Assembly: GCA_000092065.1 (NCBI GenBank)
Contig: CP000588.1
DNA from: Ostreococcus lucimarinus
Lineage: Eukaryota
Reading direction: 5' to 3' (one strand)
DNA length: 64,000 nucleotides
Shown here: positions 1 through 8,915 of the stretch, in pieces
How positions within the stretch are numbered: position 1 is the stretch's first letter
Layout of the letters: each line of letters starts with the position of its first letter
Notes under the pieces: generated by a model
Told to the model about the DNA's origin: nothing
Seen by the model: the letters and a program-made list of their open reading frames with translations, nothing else
The model's database searches: none
Program-made: the position numbers and the translations under genes

Positions 1-1182
1 TGCGACTGTCTCACCGGCGTGCAAGAAACGCTCTCGACGTACGGCGTGCAGCACGATCGATTCGACTTCGAGTCCGAACTCGGCTGGGAGGGCTCGAATG
101 CGAAAGTATTGGAGATCATGCAAAATAGCGACTATTACGTGCCGCAGACGCAGAGCAACGAAAAGGGCGTGCCGCAAGGCGCGTACCTCGACATGGCTGG
201 CTTCATCACGGATATGGGTTTCAAGGTTGGTAAGGGGGGGTACCAAAAGGAGTACCCGCCTCTCTACGTCCTCCGTCCCGACGGATCGACGCTTTACACC
301 TACCGTGACATCGTGTACTCGTTCAAGAAGGCTTCGATGAGCGATTTGATTTTGAACATTATTTGCAGCGAGCAAGATTTGGCGCAGCAAAAAGTGTCGT
401 TGGCCATGGCGATGATGAACCCGGCAATGGAGGGTCGCCAATACCACTTATCATACGACCTCGTAAAGCTCACCACGGGGAAGATGAGTGGTCGCCGCGG
501 TCGCTACTTGTTGGCCGATGACTTGTACGAAGACCTCAAGACGGTCATTCGTGAAAAGATGGACAAGAAGTACAAAGAGAAGGGCGAGGTCATCTCCGCG
601 GAGATGTTCGACACGGTGACGCACGAAGTATCTACGGCAGCGATGAAATACGCGCTTTTATCAGTGAGTTGCATGACGCAAATTAACTTTGACATCGCAA
701 AGATTACCGATTTCGAAGACGCTTCGGCGCCGTTCATCCTGTACAACTCCACCCGCCTCACCTCTGTCATTCGCAAGTTTGACGAACGTTCCGCCGCCGG
801 TGTGTTGGAAAAGCTCTGCCCTCTCGATGAAGTAGACTTCACCAAGCTTGACGACGATCGCGAATGGGCCTTGCTCTTAGACTTTGTCCTGCCCTTCGCC
901 AGTATGATCACCGACGCGGCGATGCCGACGTTACCCAAGCCCCCGGCTTTACCCTCGTACGGCATGCACAGGGTGTGCGATTTCCTCAACATGTTCGTTC
1001 GCGCCCTCTCGGGTTACTACGGCCCCGCGGGCGTTCGCATGATGCCCGTTCAAAGCCAACTCGACGCCGGCTGGAACGAGACACCCTCGATGCACGCTCG
1101 CATCCACGCGTGCAAGTGCTTCAAGCAGGTCATCGACAACGGTTTGCGTTTGCTCATGATCGAGCCACTCGAGCGCATGTGA
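1..1182 (+). CDS. Arginyl-tRNA synthetase, C-terminal about 390 aa. The reading frame is open to the window edge, so the gene is truncated at its 5' end.
   Basis: Translation contains a class-I ArgRS core (LYTYRDIVY), the ArgRS-type KMSGRRG variant of the KMSKS motif, and a DALR anticodon-binding domain. It ends with the typical ...ERM C-terminus. The ORF 19..1182 is in frame back to nucleotide 1. Confidence 0.8.
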   Translation, partial: CDCLTGVQETLSTYGVQHDRFDFESELGWEGSNAKVLEIMQNSDYYVPQTQSNEKGVPQGAYLDMAGFITDMGFKVGKGGYQKEYPPLYVLRPDGSTLYTYRDIVYSFKKASMSDLILNIICSEQDLAQQKVSLAMAMMNPAMEGRQYHLSYDLVKLTTGKMSGRRGRYLLADDLYEDLKTVIREKMDKKYKEKGEVISAEMFDTVTHEVSTAAMKYALLSVSCMTQINFDIAKITDFEDASAPFILYNSTRLTSVIRKFDERSAAGVLEKLCPLDEVDFTKLDDDREWALLLDFVLPFASMITDAAMPTLPKPPALPSYGMHRVCDFLNMFVRALSGYYGPAGVRMMPVQSQLDAGWNETPSMHARIHACKCFKQVIDNGLRLLMIEPLERM

Positions 1183-1365
1183 TTCCATCGCACCTACTCA
1201 TTCGTTGTCATTCAATCAATCACAATCGATCATTCGCCGCCCGCGTTCGCCGCTTCGATTTCCTCTGCTTAAACGGTAGACGCTAGGGTTGACGATGTAA
1301 TTTGACCCTCCGCATGACGTCCCGCGCGTCGTCGTCGTTCGCACCGCCTCTAAGCGACGCGCAAG

Positions 1366-2460
1366 ATGCAGATTTTCGTGAAGACTCGTGCGTGACGAAG
1401 CGAAGCGAACGAACGATGCGATCGCGAACCGCGCGTCCGCGTCGCGCGCGCGTCGTCGCGAACGACGCGGAGAGACGCGACGCGATCGACGAAAGCCCTA
1501 AAGTCGCGGTGGACGACGAAACGGCGACGAGACGGTCGATGCGACGCGCTTACGGCGTGTCGTGGACGCGAAAACGATTGTGGATAATGTTTTTTGCCGT
1601 TCTCGCGCTATCGTGGAGATGGAGAGGGTGGTGGCGCGGGCGGGGGTTTGGGAGACGTGGTCATGCGATCGGGGGCGCGGCGCGGCGCGCGAGGACGAAG
1701 ACGAGAGACTGACGGTGGATGATGATGTTCGCGAACGCAGTGACGGGTAAGACCATCACCTTGGAGGTGGAGTCCTCGGACACCATCGACAACGTGAAGG
1801 CGAAGATTCAAGACAAGGAGGGTATCCCGCCGGATCAGCAGCGTTTGATCTTTGCGGGGAAGCAGCTCGAAGACGGTCGCACGCTGGCGGATTACAACAT
1901 CCAAAAGGAGTCTACGCTCCACTTGGTGTTGCGCTTGCGTGGTGGTATCATCGAGCCGTCCCTCGTTGTGTTGGCGAAGAAGACGAACGCGGACCGGGCC
2001 GTGTGCCGCAAGTACGTATATTCGAGCGACGGGGTTTTGATTTTTTCTCGGCGCTCGCCCGCTCGAAGGGGCGGCGACCTCACTCTTGCGCGCGCGCTGT
2101 CCGTTGGATTCGTCTAGCGATGTGTGCGCGTCGAGCAAGCTGCCCGAGATTTATTTCACTCCATTCACTTTGCCGGCGACGAGACTTTAACTCGTACTCG
2201 GTCATTCGCGTGTGAGACATTTGACTTTGAGCTCGTACTGACCTTTTTGTTTCTTTCTCAAACCAGGTGCTACGCCCGCCTTCCGCCGCGTGCGACGAAC
2301 TGCCGCAAGAAGAAGTGCGGTCACACCAACCAATTGCGTCTTAAGGTACGTTGTTTTGGACTTGGGAAACTCCTCGCGCGAACGCGACGGCGCCGCCGAT
2401 GAAAGGAGACTGACAATTTTCTCGCCCGATTTTTCCGCTGCTCAGAAAAAGTTGAAGTAA
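1366..2460 (+). CDS. RPL40: Ubiquitin-ribosomal protein eL40 fusion gene with four exons: 1366..1387, 1741..2011, 2267..2345 and 2446..2460.
   Basis: Exon 1 is ATGCAGATTTTCGTGAAGACTC (MQIFVKT) followed by a GTGCGT donor, and is not on the ORF track. Exon 2 starts after the CAG at 1740 and continues ...[11 protein letters not shown]...LRLRGG, then eL40 (IIEPSL...CRK). An intron with a GTACGT donor starts at 2012. Exon 3 is [26 protein letters not shown], followed by a GTACGT donor at 2346. Exon 4 is KKLK then a stop. Each intron has an ACTGAC branch point about 30 nt before the AG. Confidence 0.85.
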
Positions 2461-2587
2461 CCGTGTTGTCGAGCGAGGCGGATAGAACGCGTACACACAC
2501 ACACATTCTAGTTAGCAAGGAGATGGGGTTGTCGTTGTAATGTGACAGGGATATCCTTCATAAAATGATGCAGTCGCTAACGGAGCT

Positions 2588-3832
2588 CTACTTGACGCGA
2601 ATAGTCGCTGCGAGCATGATGTGATCACTCGGCTCTGTCGCCGCCGGGAACGGACCCTTGACTTGGTCACGATGGGGCAAATCGAGCACATCCACAACCT
2701 CGACGTCGTCGGTAACGAAGATGTAATCGAGCGTATCGATGAAAGGGTCGTCGTCCTTGATGCGCGCGTGGTTCGTAAAGTTTGGTTCCTCACCATTGAC
2801 GCGCACGTACGCGCTCTCCATCTTCTTTTGCGGCTTCACATTGAATGGCTCTCCCGTGTATCCGGCGGGCATGATCGGATACCCCTCGTGCGACTCGTCG
2901 AGATCGCCCGTAGTGATCAACGTGTGCCCGGCGTCGCCCGGCTTCAAGTTGAAGTCGCCCATCAACACCGTCGGCAATCCCTCTGACTGATTCAGCGCGT
3001 ATTGCGCCGCGATGCCAGCGTGGATCACCATCACTCGACGATCAGCCGCCGTGCGAAACATGCAAGGCATGTGATACGTCGATACCCCGAACTGCACGTT
3101 CGTCTTTTTGCACTTGAGCGTGGCGTACAGAATCGAGTTGAACCGCCCTCTCGCCGTCTGCCATTCATCGCTCGGCGGTCTGTAATCCCTCAACTTCCGC
3201 CACAAATTCACCGGTGTTTGCACCAACAAATTATAAACCGGCGTCAGCGGTCCGAGATTCACCTCCTCCTTCTTCGCCCTCGGAAACTTTGCCGTATCGC
3301 TCAGCCTCGCGATGTCGCTCTTCACCACCTCGTACGCGTCCGTCGGCACCGCCAATCCAACCCCCATGTAATTATTAAACGGTTTCCCGTACAGCGACAC
3401 GATGAACGCGTATCCCCTCTTCGCAAAGTACGCGTGCAGCGGTCCCGCCCACGTCATGCTCACCTCTTGCAATCCCACGACGGCGCGTCGCTCGACTTCG
3501 GGTTCCAACTTTTCAATCACCCTTCGCAGTCGCGTCTCCGCCCTCAGGTCGTTCGCGTCGCAGTGCGTGAAGTACGTCGGCTCCGCGAGGTGCGAGCTCA
3601 GGACGTTATACGTCACCACGCGCGCGTCGCGCGCGCCGTCCTCGCTCGCTCGCGTCGTCGTCGTCGTCATCCTTCCCTTTGTCGCCGTCGCGCGTCCGCG
3701 CGCCGCGCCCTCGACGCGCGCGCGCGCGCGCGACGGCGCCGCGCCGACCGCGCGTGCGCTCGATCGCGCGTCGATCGCGAGCGCGCGCGATCTCGCGACG
3801 ACGCGCGCGAGGCCGACGGTCGACGCGCGCAT
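2588..3832 (-). CDS. Endonuclease/exonuclease/phosphatase (EEP) family protein with an R/A-rich N-terminal presequence. The true start may be an internal Met near 3670.
   Basis: Translation VVTYNVL...GLQEV...MGDFN...SDH carries EEP catalytic signature residues. It is a single exon. The N-terminal 55 aa are low-complexity R/A/S and look like a transit peptide. Confidence 0.55.
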   Translation of the reverse strand: MRASTVGLARVVARSRALAIDARSSARAVGAAPSRARARVEGAARGRATATKGRMTTTTTRASEDGARDARVVTYNVLSSHLAEPTYFTHCDANDLRAETRLRRVIEKLEPEVERRAVVGLQEVSMTWAGPLHAYFAKRGYAFIVSLYGKPFNNYMGVGLAVPTDAYEVVKSDIARLSDTAKFPRAKKEEVNLGPLTPVYNLLVQTPVNLWRKLRDYRPPSDEWQTARGRFNSILYATLKCKKTNVQFGVSTYHMPCMFRTAADRRVMVIHAGIAAQYALNQSEGLPTVLMGDFNLKPGDAGHTLITTGDLDESHEGYPIMPAGYTGEPFNVKPQKKMESAYVRVNGEEPNFTNHARIKDDDPFIDTLDYIFVTDDVEVVDVLDLPHRDQVKGPFPAATEPSDHIMLAATIRVK

Positions 3833-3879
3833 GCGCGCACTGACGACAGAGCGCGACGCGCGCGCGAACTCGCGTCGAC

Positions 3880-5874
3880 ATGGCGCGGGCGACGACGGCG
3901 CGCGCGCGCGGACGAACGCGCGCGAACGCGACGCGGCGGCGAGGCGCGCGCTGGATCGCGATCGCGGCGACGATGGCGGCGACGGCGACGCGCGGGGCGA
4001 TGATGGCGCTGGCGAGCGATTACCAAGCGAGCGACGCGGCGCTGGTGATGCCGTTCGAACGCGCGGGAGAGCGCGCGATGAAAAGAAAGGTGAGCCTCGA
4101 GGAGACGGAACACGCGCGGACGACGGCGGTGGGAGATAAGGTGCGAGGACCGGAGCGGAGCGCGCGGGCGCTGGGGGTGTTGGCGTCGCTCGCGCGGAGA
4201 CACGAGCGGGCGGCGGCGAACGCGGCGAGCGAGGAAGAGCGCGAGGCGTGCCTGGAACAATTAGAGATAGTGCGGCTCGCGATGGAGTCCGCGCGCGCGA
4301 GGGCGCCGCGAGGGATGGAGGAGAGTGGACGGGCGTTCGCGGCGTTGGGCGCGGCGGCGACGGCGGAGGAGGACGTTTGGGAAGGCTCGGGCGGATTGAT
4401 GGACTCGATTCCGCTTCACGGGGGCGTCGTTCCGGGGACTGCGGGCACGCGTCGTTTTGGGCCTTTGACGACGAAATCGTCGAACGATGACGCTGATGCG
4501 GTGAAGAGATTTTTAGCCACGCGGCGAACGGGCGCCGCGGCGCCCGCGGAGCGGCGTCCGGCGGCGAGAGAACGTCTCGCGCCAGCCGCGCCGTGGTTCA
4601 AGCGAAAGCAGCCGGACGTTTACTGGGACGTTGATTTAGAAAAGATTCAAGGCGCGCGGGAATCGATGGACGCCAAGCGATCGGACGCGGATGATTTCGA
4701 CTTTGAAATCACGGACATGCCGATCAAGGCACGCAAAACCGCGGCGCTCGGCTCCAGTGGCGAAGACGAAAGCGACGTCGAAATCGTTCGATCGACAACG
4801 ATAAGCGACGAACCATCCAACGCGACGGTCGGTATCGACGAGCTCTTTTCTCAACAGGTTGACACGTGGACGAAGCGAGCGATGAAGGGCTTCCAAGAAG
4901 CGAACAAAAAGGCGCGTCAAACGATCGCCACCATCTCTAGGCAAGCGGTGCGCGCTGAGGAGGAGTTACTGATGAAACGAATCGATGTCCGCATGTACGT
5001 TGATTTCGCCGATCCATACTCGCTCGAACTCATGCTCGGGTCGTACCAAAGGCTCGCGTCGATGCCGCTAGGACCGGTCGACTGGAACATCGTGCCCTTC
5101 GTCAACGTAGGCCAGGAAAGGAACAAGTCCGCCAACTGCTTATACAGTGGACACGCTCGGCACTTGAGTTGTACGACAAACGCTATCGCCGCATGCGCGG
5201 TTGAGAACATCGGAACTTTGAGTGGTGGCATGCGAGCGTTTACGTCATGTTACGGAATGCAGCTTCTCAAGCTTGAATCACAAGACGCGTTCAAGTACGG
5301 TCGTCACGAGGAAGCGCTTAGCAAGATCGATGAACGATGCTGTCGAGCTGTCGCTGATGCGGTTGAGCACGAAGAATCGTCCGAATCCGAATCCGACAAA
5401 GAGACGGACAAAAATACGCTGCAACGGTTGGGAATGTCGAGCGCAAACTCACAGATTTGCGCCGCTCAAAAGAAGTGCGCGTTCCACGGCGCCGGGTACG
5501 ATTTGTTGAAAAGCAACGAAGCTGAACTTGGATCAATTCATCCTCGGCATAAATGGCTTCCTTGGGTCACGATCGACGGTGAAGTCGCGTGTCGCAGGAA
5601 GTGCAACTTGCAAGCGACGGTGCGTCGACGAATTTGCAACCTGCGGACTTCGCTTCCGGAAGGATGCCCAAAATTTCCGTGGGCGGAGGCGTGGTACGAC
5701 GAGCCAGAGATTTCTTTCGGAGGTCTCATCGTTACGTGCGCGGCGGTCATGCTTGCGAGTGTATCTCTATTCGTCCTCATGCGCGAAGCCGGGATGAATC
5801 CGCTCGGTCTTTACAAGGACAACGCGAATGAGGGAGCAATCGAAGCGGAGCGAGTCGGGCTACTGCCTAAGTGA
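3880..5874 (+). CDS. Protein with a C-terminal GILT-like (gamma-interferon-inducible thiol reductase family) domain and a C-terminal transmembrane anchor. The long R/A-rich N-terminal region leaves the true start uncertain.
   Basis: GILT family hallmarks are present: IDVRMYVDF..., NIVPFVN, ...HKWLPWVTIDG. The canonical CxxC is replaced by FADPYS. A C-terminal hydrophobic segment (LIVTCAAVMLASVSLFVLM) is present. The first 350 aa are low complexity and could partly be 5' UTR. Confidence 0.4.
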   Translation: MARATTARARGRTRANATRRRGARWIAIAATMAATATRGAMMALASDYQASDAALVMPFERAGERAMKRKVSLEETEHARTTAVGDKVRGPERSARALGVLASLARRHERAAANAASEEEREACLEQLEIVRLAMESARARAPRGMEESGRAFAALGAAATAEEDVWEGSGGLMDSIPLHGGVVPGTAGTRRFGPLTTKSSNDDADAVKRFLATRRTGAAAPAERRPAARERLAPAAPWFKRKQPDVYWDVDLEKIQGARESMDAKRSDADDFDFEITDMPIKARKTAALGSSGEDESDVEIVRSTTISDEPSNATVGIDELFSQQVDTWTKRAMKGFQEANKKARQTIATISRQAVRAEEELLMKRIDVRMYVDFADPYSLELMLGSYQRLASMPLGPVDWNIVPFVNVGQERNKSANCLYSGHARHLSCTTNAIAACAVENIGTLSGGMRAFTSCYGMQLLKLESQDAFKYGRHEEALSKIDERCCRAVADAVEHEESSESESDKETDKNTLQRLGMSSANSQICAAQKKCAFHGAGYDLLKSNEAELGSIHPRHKWLPWVTIDGEVACRRKCNLQATVRRRICNLRTSLPEGCPKFPWAEAWYDEPEISFGGLIVTCAAVMLASVSLFVLMREAGMNPLGLYKDNANEGAIEAERVGLLPK

Positions 5875-5962
5875 GAAATCATATAGCCATCAATTTTTTA
5901 ATGTAACATGTACTTCAGCGGCAAAGGCAAACGCGCAGATTACAGTCAGCGCGACGACGACG

Positions 5963-6940
5963 TCAGAAAATCACGCCGCCCGCGGCTTCGAAGGCGTCTT
6001 TCGAATCTATCGGGATTAAGTCACCCACGGTCAAAAGCTCGAACGATGGCGCGGGCGCGGCTAGAATTGCGCTCCATTCATCCTTTGAAAAGTCCCGGCG
6101 AGAAAACGTGGTCTCCGTAAACTCGCCGTCGGCGTCCACTATATCCTCTACTGGTCCTCTAGATACCGTGATCCAGTGTCTATCTTCATTCACGGCATCA
6201 TCAACGATCGGTGGGAACGCTTGCATGTGAAAAGACCAATCGTTTCTTGACTTCCCATCCACCGACACGCTCGCCGTTGACCTCGCCGCGTCGATGTCAA
6301 ACTCGCACCGCCTCAAATCCATCCCGAGTCCCACCCCGATCGCCTTCACGTGCGCCTCCTTCAGGCTCCAGTGCTTTCTAAACAACTCCTCTCCCGCGCG
6401 TTCTCCGTCCCTCGCCGCTACACCCGCGATCGACGCCCGCTCGCGATCCGTCAGGACCGACGAAAACGTCTCCAACAACTTTCCCACGTCTCGCTCCGCG
6501 CCCCCCCCTCCCGTCACTCGTCGCACCTGTCCCGGCGCCGCCACGTCCACTCCCACCACCGCGTGCGTTTCACTCGCCAGCACGACGTAATCACCCTCGT
6601 GCGAGACGTTATAATTAAAATTCGGCGCCCCCGCGACGCTCGCGCGCGCCCCGTGAAACGGCTTCGACCCTTTGGTTCTCCGCACGTCCAGCGCCTCCAC
6701 GCGCGCGTCTCGCCACCGCGCGTCCTCCGCGCTCGCACACGCGCGTTTAATCGCCGCGCGTTGCATCAATCGCGACAGCAACGCGCGCTTACGGTCTTCA
6801 AAGCGATGAAATCGCGTCACTTCTTCGCGTTCGTGCGTCGGGAGGATCGTCAAGACGAAGGCGAACTCGTCGACGCCGGGGCGCCACGTCGTGGAGTTGA
6901 CGATCCAGCGCAGGCGCAGGTGATCGGCGGTGTCGAGCAT
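5963..6940 (-). CDS. 4'-phosphopantetheinyl transferase, Sfp/AASDHPPT type.
   Basis: Motifs FNYNVSHEGDYVVLA and WSLKEAHVKAIGVG are present. The start is taken at MLDTADH, whose ATG lies at 6938-6940 on the minus strand. The ORF track extends further upstream to 7144, probably into the UTR. Confidence 0.7.
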   Translation of the reverse strand: MLDTADHLRLRWIVNSTTWRPGVDEFAFVLTILPTHEREEVTRFHRFEDRKRALLSRLMQRAAIKRACASAEDARWRDARVEALDVRRTKGSKPFHGARASVAGAPNFNYNVSHEGDYVVLASETHAVVGVDVAAPGQVRRVTGGGGAERDVGKLLETFSSVLTDRERASIAGVAARDGERAGEELFRKHWSLKEAHVKAIGVGLGMDLRRCEFDIDAARSTASVSVDGKSRNDWSFHMQAFPPIVDDAVNEDRHWITVSRGPVEDIVDADGEFTETTFSRRDFSKDEWSAILAAPAPSFELLTVGDLIPIDSKDAFEAAGGVIF

Positions 6941-7140
6941 GGCGCCCGAAGGCGCGGGAAGCGCGACGGGGCGCGATGTGCGGCGCGCGCGCGTCGATGT
7001 CGAGTGCGAGCGTTTTCTGGCGGTTACACATCCGTCGACGAGGCGACGCGACGAACGCGGAGGAGAGGTACGAATACATATGAATACATCGCGCGCGACG
7101 CGTTGAACCGAGTTGGATTTACGAATCGAATCTCGCCGTA

Positions 7141-8454
7141 TCAAATCTCGCCGTTCAGGATGCCCTCGCGAACGCGACGCATCTTATCGCCCATGTGATA
7201 CAGGTTGTGCTCGCTCGCCAAGGACCAAGCGAGCGGTTCGTTGGCGCGATCGAGGTGATGAAGATAGCCCAAGGTGTGCTTGGTGCAGAGCGTGCACTCG
7301 CACTCTTCGCACGCGGGTTCGGTGCTGGTTCGGAATTCGGCGCGACGGAAGTTTATGCGTCCGCGAGAGCGCGTGAATAGCGTGCCGTGTCTCGCCACTT
7401 GAGTCGGGTAGCAACTGTCGAACGTGTCGACGCCGTTCGCCACCGCGTGCTCGATGTTTTCCATGTCAGCGATCCCCAGGAGGTGATTCGGCAAGTGTTT
7501 CGGAAGGAGAGGCATCAAAAACTCGAGCAAAGCGCCGAGTTCGGCGGCGTCGCGGCCGAGAGAACCGCCAATCGCGAGCCCGTCGAACGGCAGGGCGCTC
7601 AGGTACTCGACCGACATCCGTCGTAGCTCGCGATCCACGCCTCCGTGCACGACGCCGTACATCGCCTGTTGACGCACGTCCTTCAAGTGCGTCTCCAAAC
7701 TCCTCGTCATCCATCGATGCGACCGATGCACGCTCTCCTCCAACGTCTCGCGATCGATGTCGTACGGCGGCAACTCGTCGAGCGGAATGATGATGTCCGC
7801 CCCGATTTGTTTCTGACTCAACACGCTCGACTCCGGCGTGAGCGTCATCTTCGTCCCGTCCCTGTACGACCGAAACGTCGCCCCCTCTTCGCTCACGTCG
7901 ATCAATAAATTCTCCCGTCGATGCTTCGTCGCCTTTCTGCTCTTCAACTCCTTCGTCTTCCCCTTCGCGTTCGCCGAGCGGTCCGGCGTCCCGAGCGAAA
8001 ACACCTGAAACCCACCGCTGTCCGTGATCACCGGCCCTCGGCGTCCCATGAACGCGTGTATCCCTCCCATCGCCTCCACCGTCGCCGCGCCCGGCTGCAG
8101 CATCAGGTGATACGTGTTCGCGAACATCAAATCGATCCCGGCGCGCCGCAGCGCGTCGCCCCGCACCGCCTTCATCGCCGCGTTCGTCCCGACCGCGACG
8201 TACCCCGGCGTCGCGATCGTCCCGCGCGGCGTGTGAATCATCCCCGCCCGCGCGTTCGAGCGCGTCGACGCGCGCAGGACCTCGAACCGGAAGCGCGGCG
8301 ACGCCGGCGACGCCGCCGGCGCCCGCTCGAGACGCGCGTCGGTCGACGCGCTCGAACGCGCCGACGCCGACGCGTCGCGCGCGCGCGCGCATCGCGACGC
8401 GCGCGCGACGCGGTCGAGGACGCCGCGCGCGCGCGCGACGCGCGCGACGCGCAT
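7141..8454 (-). CDS. Queuine tRNA-ribosyltransferase catalytic subunit (tRNA-guanine transglycosylase). The start is ambiguous, with Met codons at 8454, 8511 and 8544.
   Basis: The translation shows FEVLRASTRSNARAG, NTYHLMLQPG, DSGGFQVFSLG and the zinc-site CxCxxC..H (CECTLCTKHTLGYLHHL). The 5' end runs into the 53-bp tandem repeat, which creates alternative in-frame starts. Confidence 0.75.
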   Translation of the reverse strand: MRVARVARARGVLDRVARASRCARARDASASARSSASTDARLERAPAASPASPRFRFEVLRASTRSNARAGMIHTPRGTIATPGYVAVGTNAAMKAVRGDALRRAGIDLMFANTYHLMLQPGAATVEAMGGIHAFMGRRGPVITDSGGFQVFSLGTPDRSANAKGKTKELKSRKATKHRRENLLIDVSEEGATFRSYRDGTKMTLTPESSVLSQKQIGADIIIPLDELPPYDIDRETLEESVHRSHRWMTRSLETHLKDVRQQAMYGVVHGGVDRELRRMSVEYLSALPFDGLAIGGSLGRDAAELGALLEFLMPLLPKHLPNHLLGIADMENIEHAVANGVDTFDSCYPTQVARHGTLFTRSRGRINFRRAEFRTSTEPACEECECTLCTKHTLGYLHHLDRANEPLAWSLASEHNLYHMGDKMRRVREGILNGEI

Positions 8455-8493
8455 CGCGTCGCGATGCGCCGCGCGCGCGACCGTCGCGCGCGC

Positions 8494-8640
8494 GTCCGAC
8501 CGACCGCACATTACACGACTGTTTACCCACACACAGACCGCCATCGCGTCCGACCGACCGCACACACCGCACTGTTTACCCACACACAGACCGCCATCGC
8601 GTCCGACCGACCGCACACACCGCACTGTTTACCCACACAC
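8494..8640. repeat. Tandem repeat with a period of about 53-54 bp and about 2.7 copies (unit gtccgaccgaccgcaca...gtttacccacacacagaccgccatcgc).
   Basis: Direct reading finds unit starts at 8494, 8548 and 8601, and the copies differ only in a short central segment. The repeat sits between the divergent QTRT and RAD51 genes. It explains the duplicated MRCVRSVGRDGGLCVGKQ N-termini of two overlapping minus-strand ORFs. Confidence 0.8.
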
Positions 8641-8699
8641 CGATCCGCGTCCACCCGGTGACGCGCGCCGTCGCGGCGTCACCTCGCGACGCGATCGCG

Positions 8700-8870
8700 A
8701 TGTCGGCGTGCGCCGTCGACGACCGCGCGCTCGCGCGAGACGACGACGTCGCGCGCGACGAACCGATCGCGACGACGACGCCGATCGCCGCGCTCGAGGT
8801 GCGACGACGCGCGACGACGCGCGCGAACGACGACGCGAACGACGACGCGATGCGATTCGAACGAGTCGTT

Positions 8871-8915
<45 letters not shown>

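Noticed and set aside
1388-1740. C/D-box snoRNA hosted in the long ubiquitin intron (TGATGA and CTGA present)
   Set aside because: The box-like strings are in the wrong order and position. TGATGA is at the 3' end, next to the branch point, and there is no terminal stem. I cannot support it.
3002-4260. ORFs at 3002..4003 (plus) and 3667..4260 (minus), Arg-rich, 333 and 197 aa
   Set aside because: They lie antisense to or overlapping the EEP-family gene and the N-terminal low-complexity region of the GILT-like gene. Their composition is almost pure R/A/P/H with no motifs.
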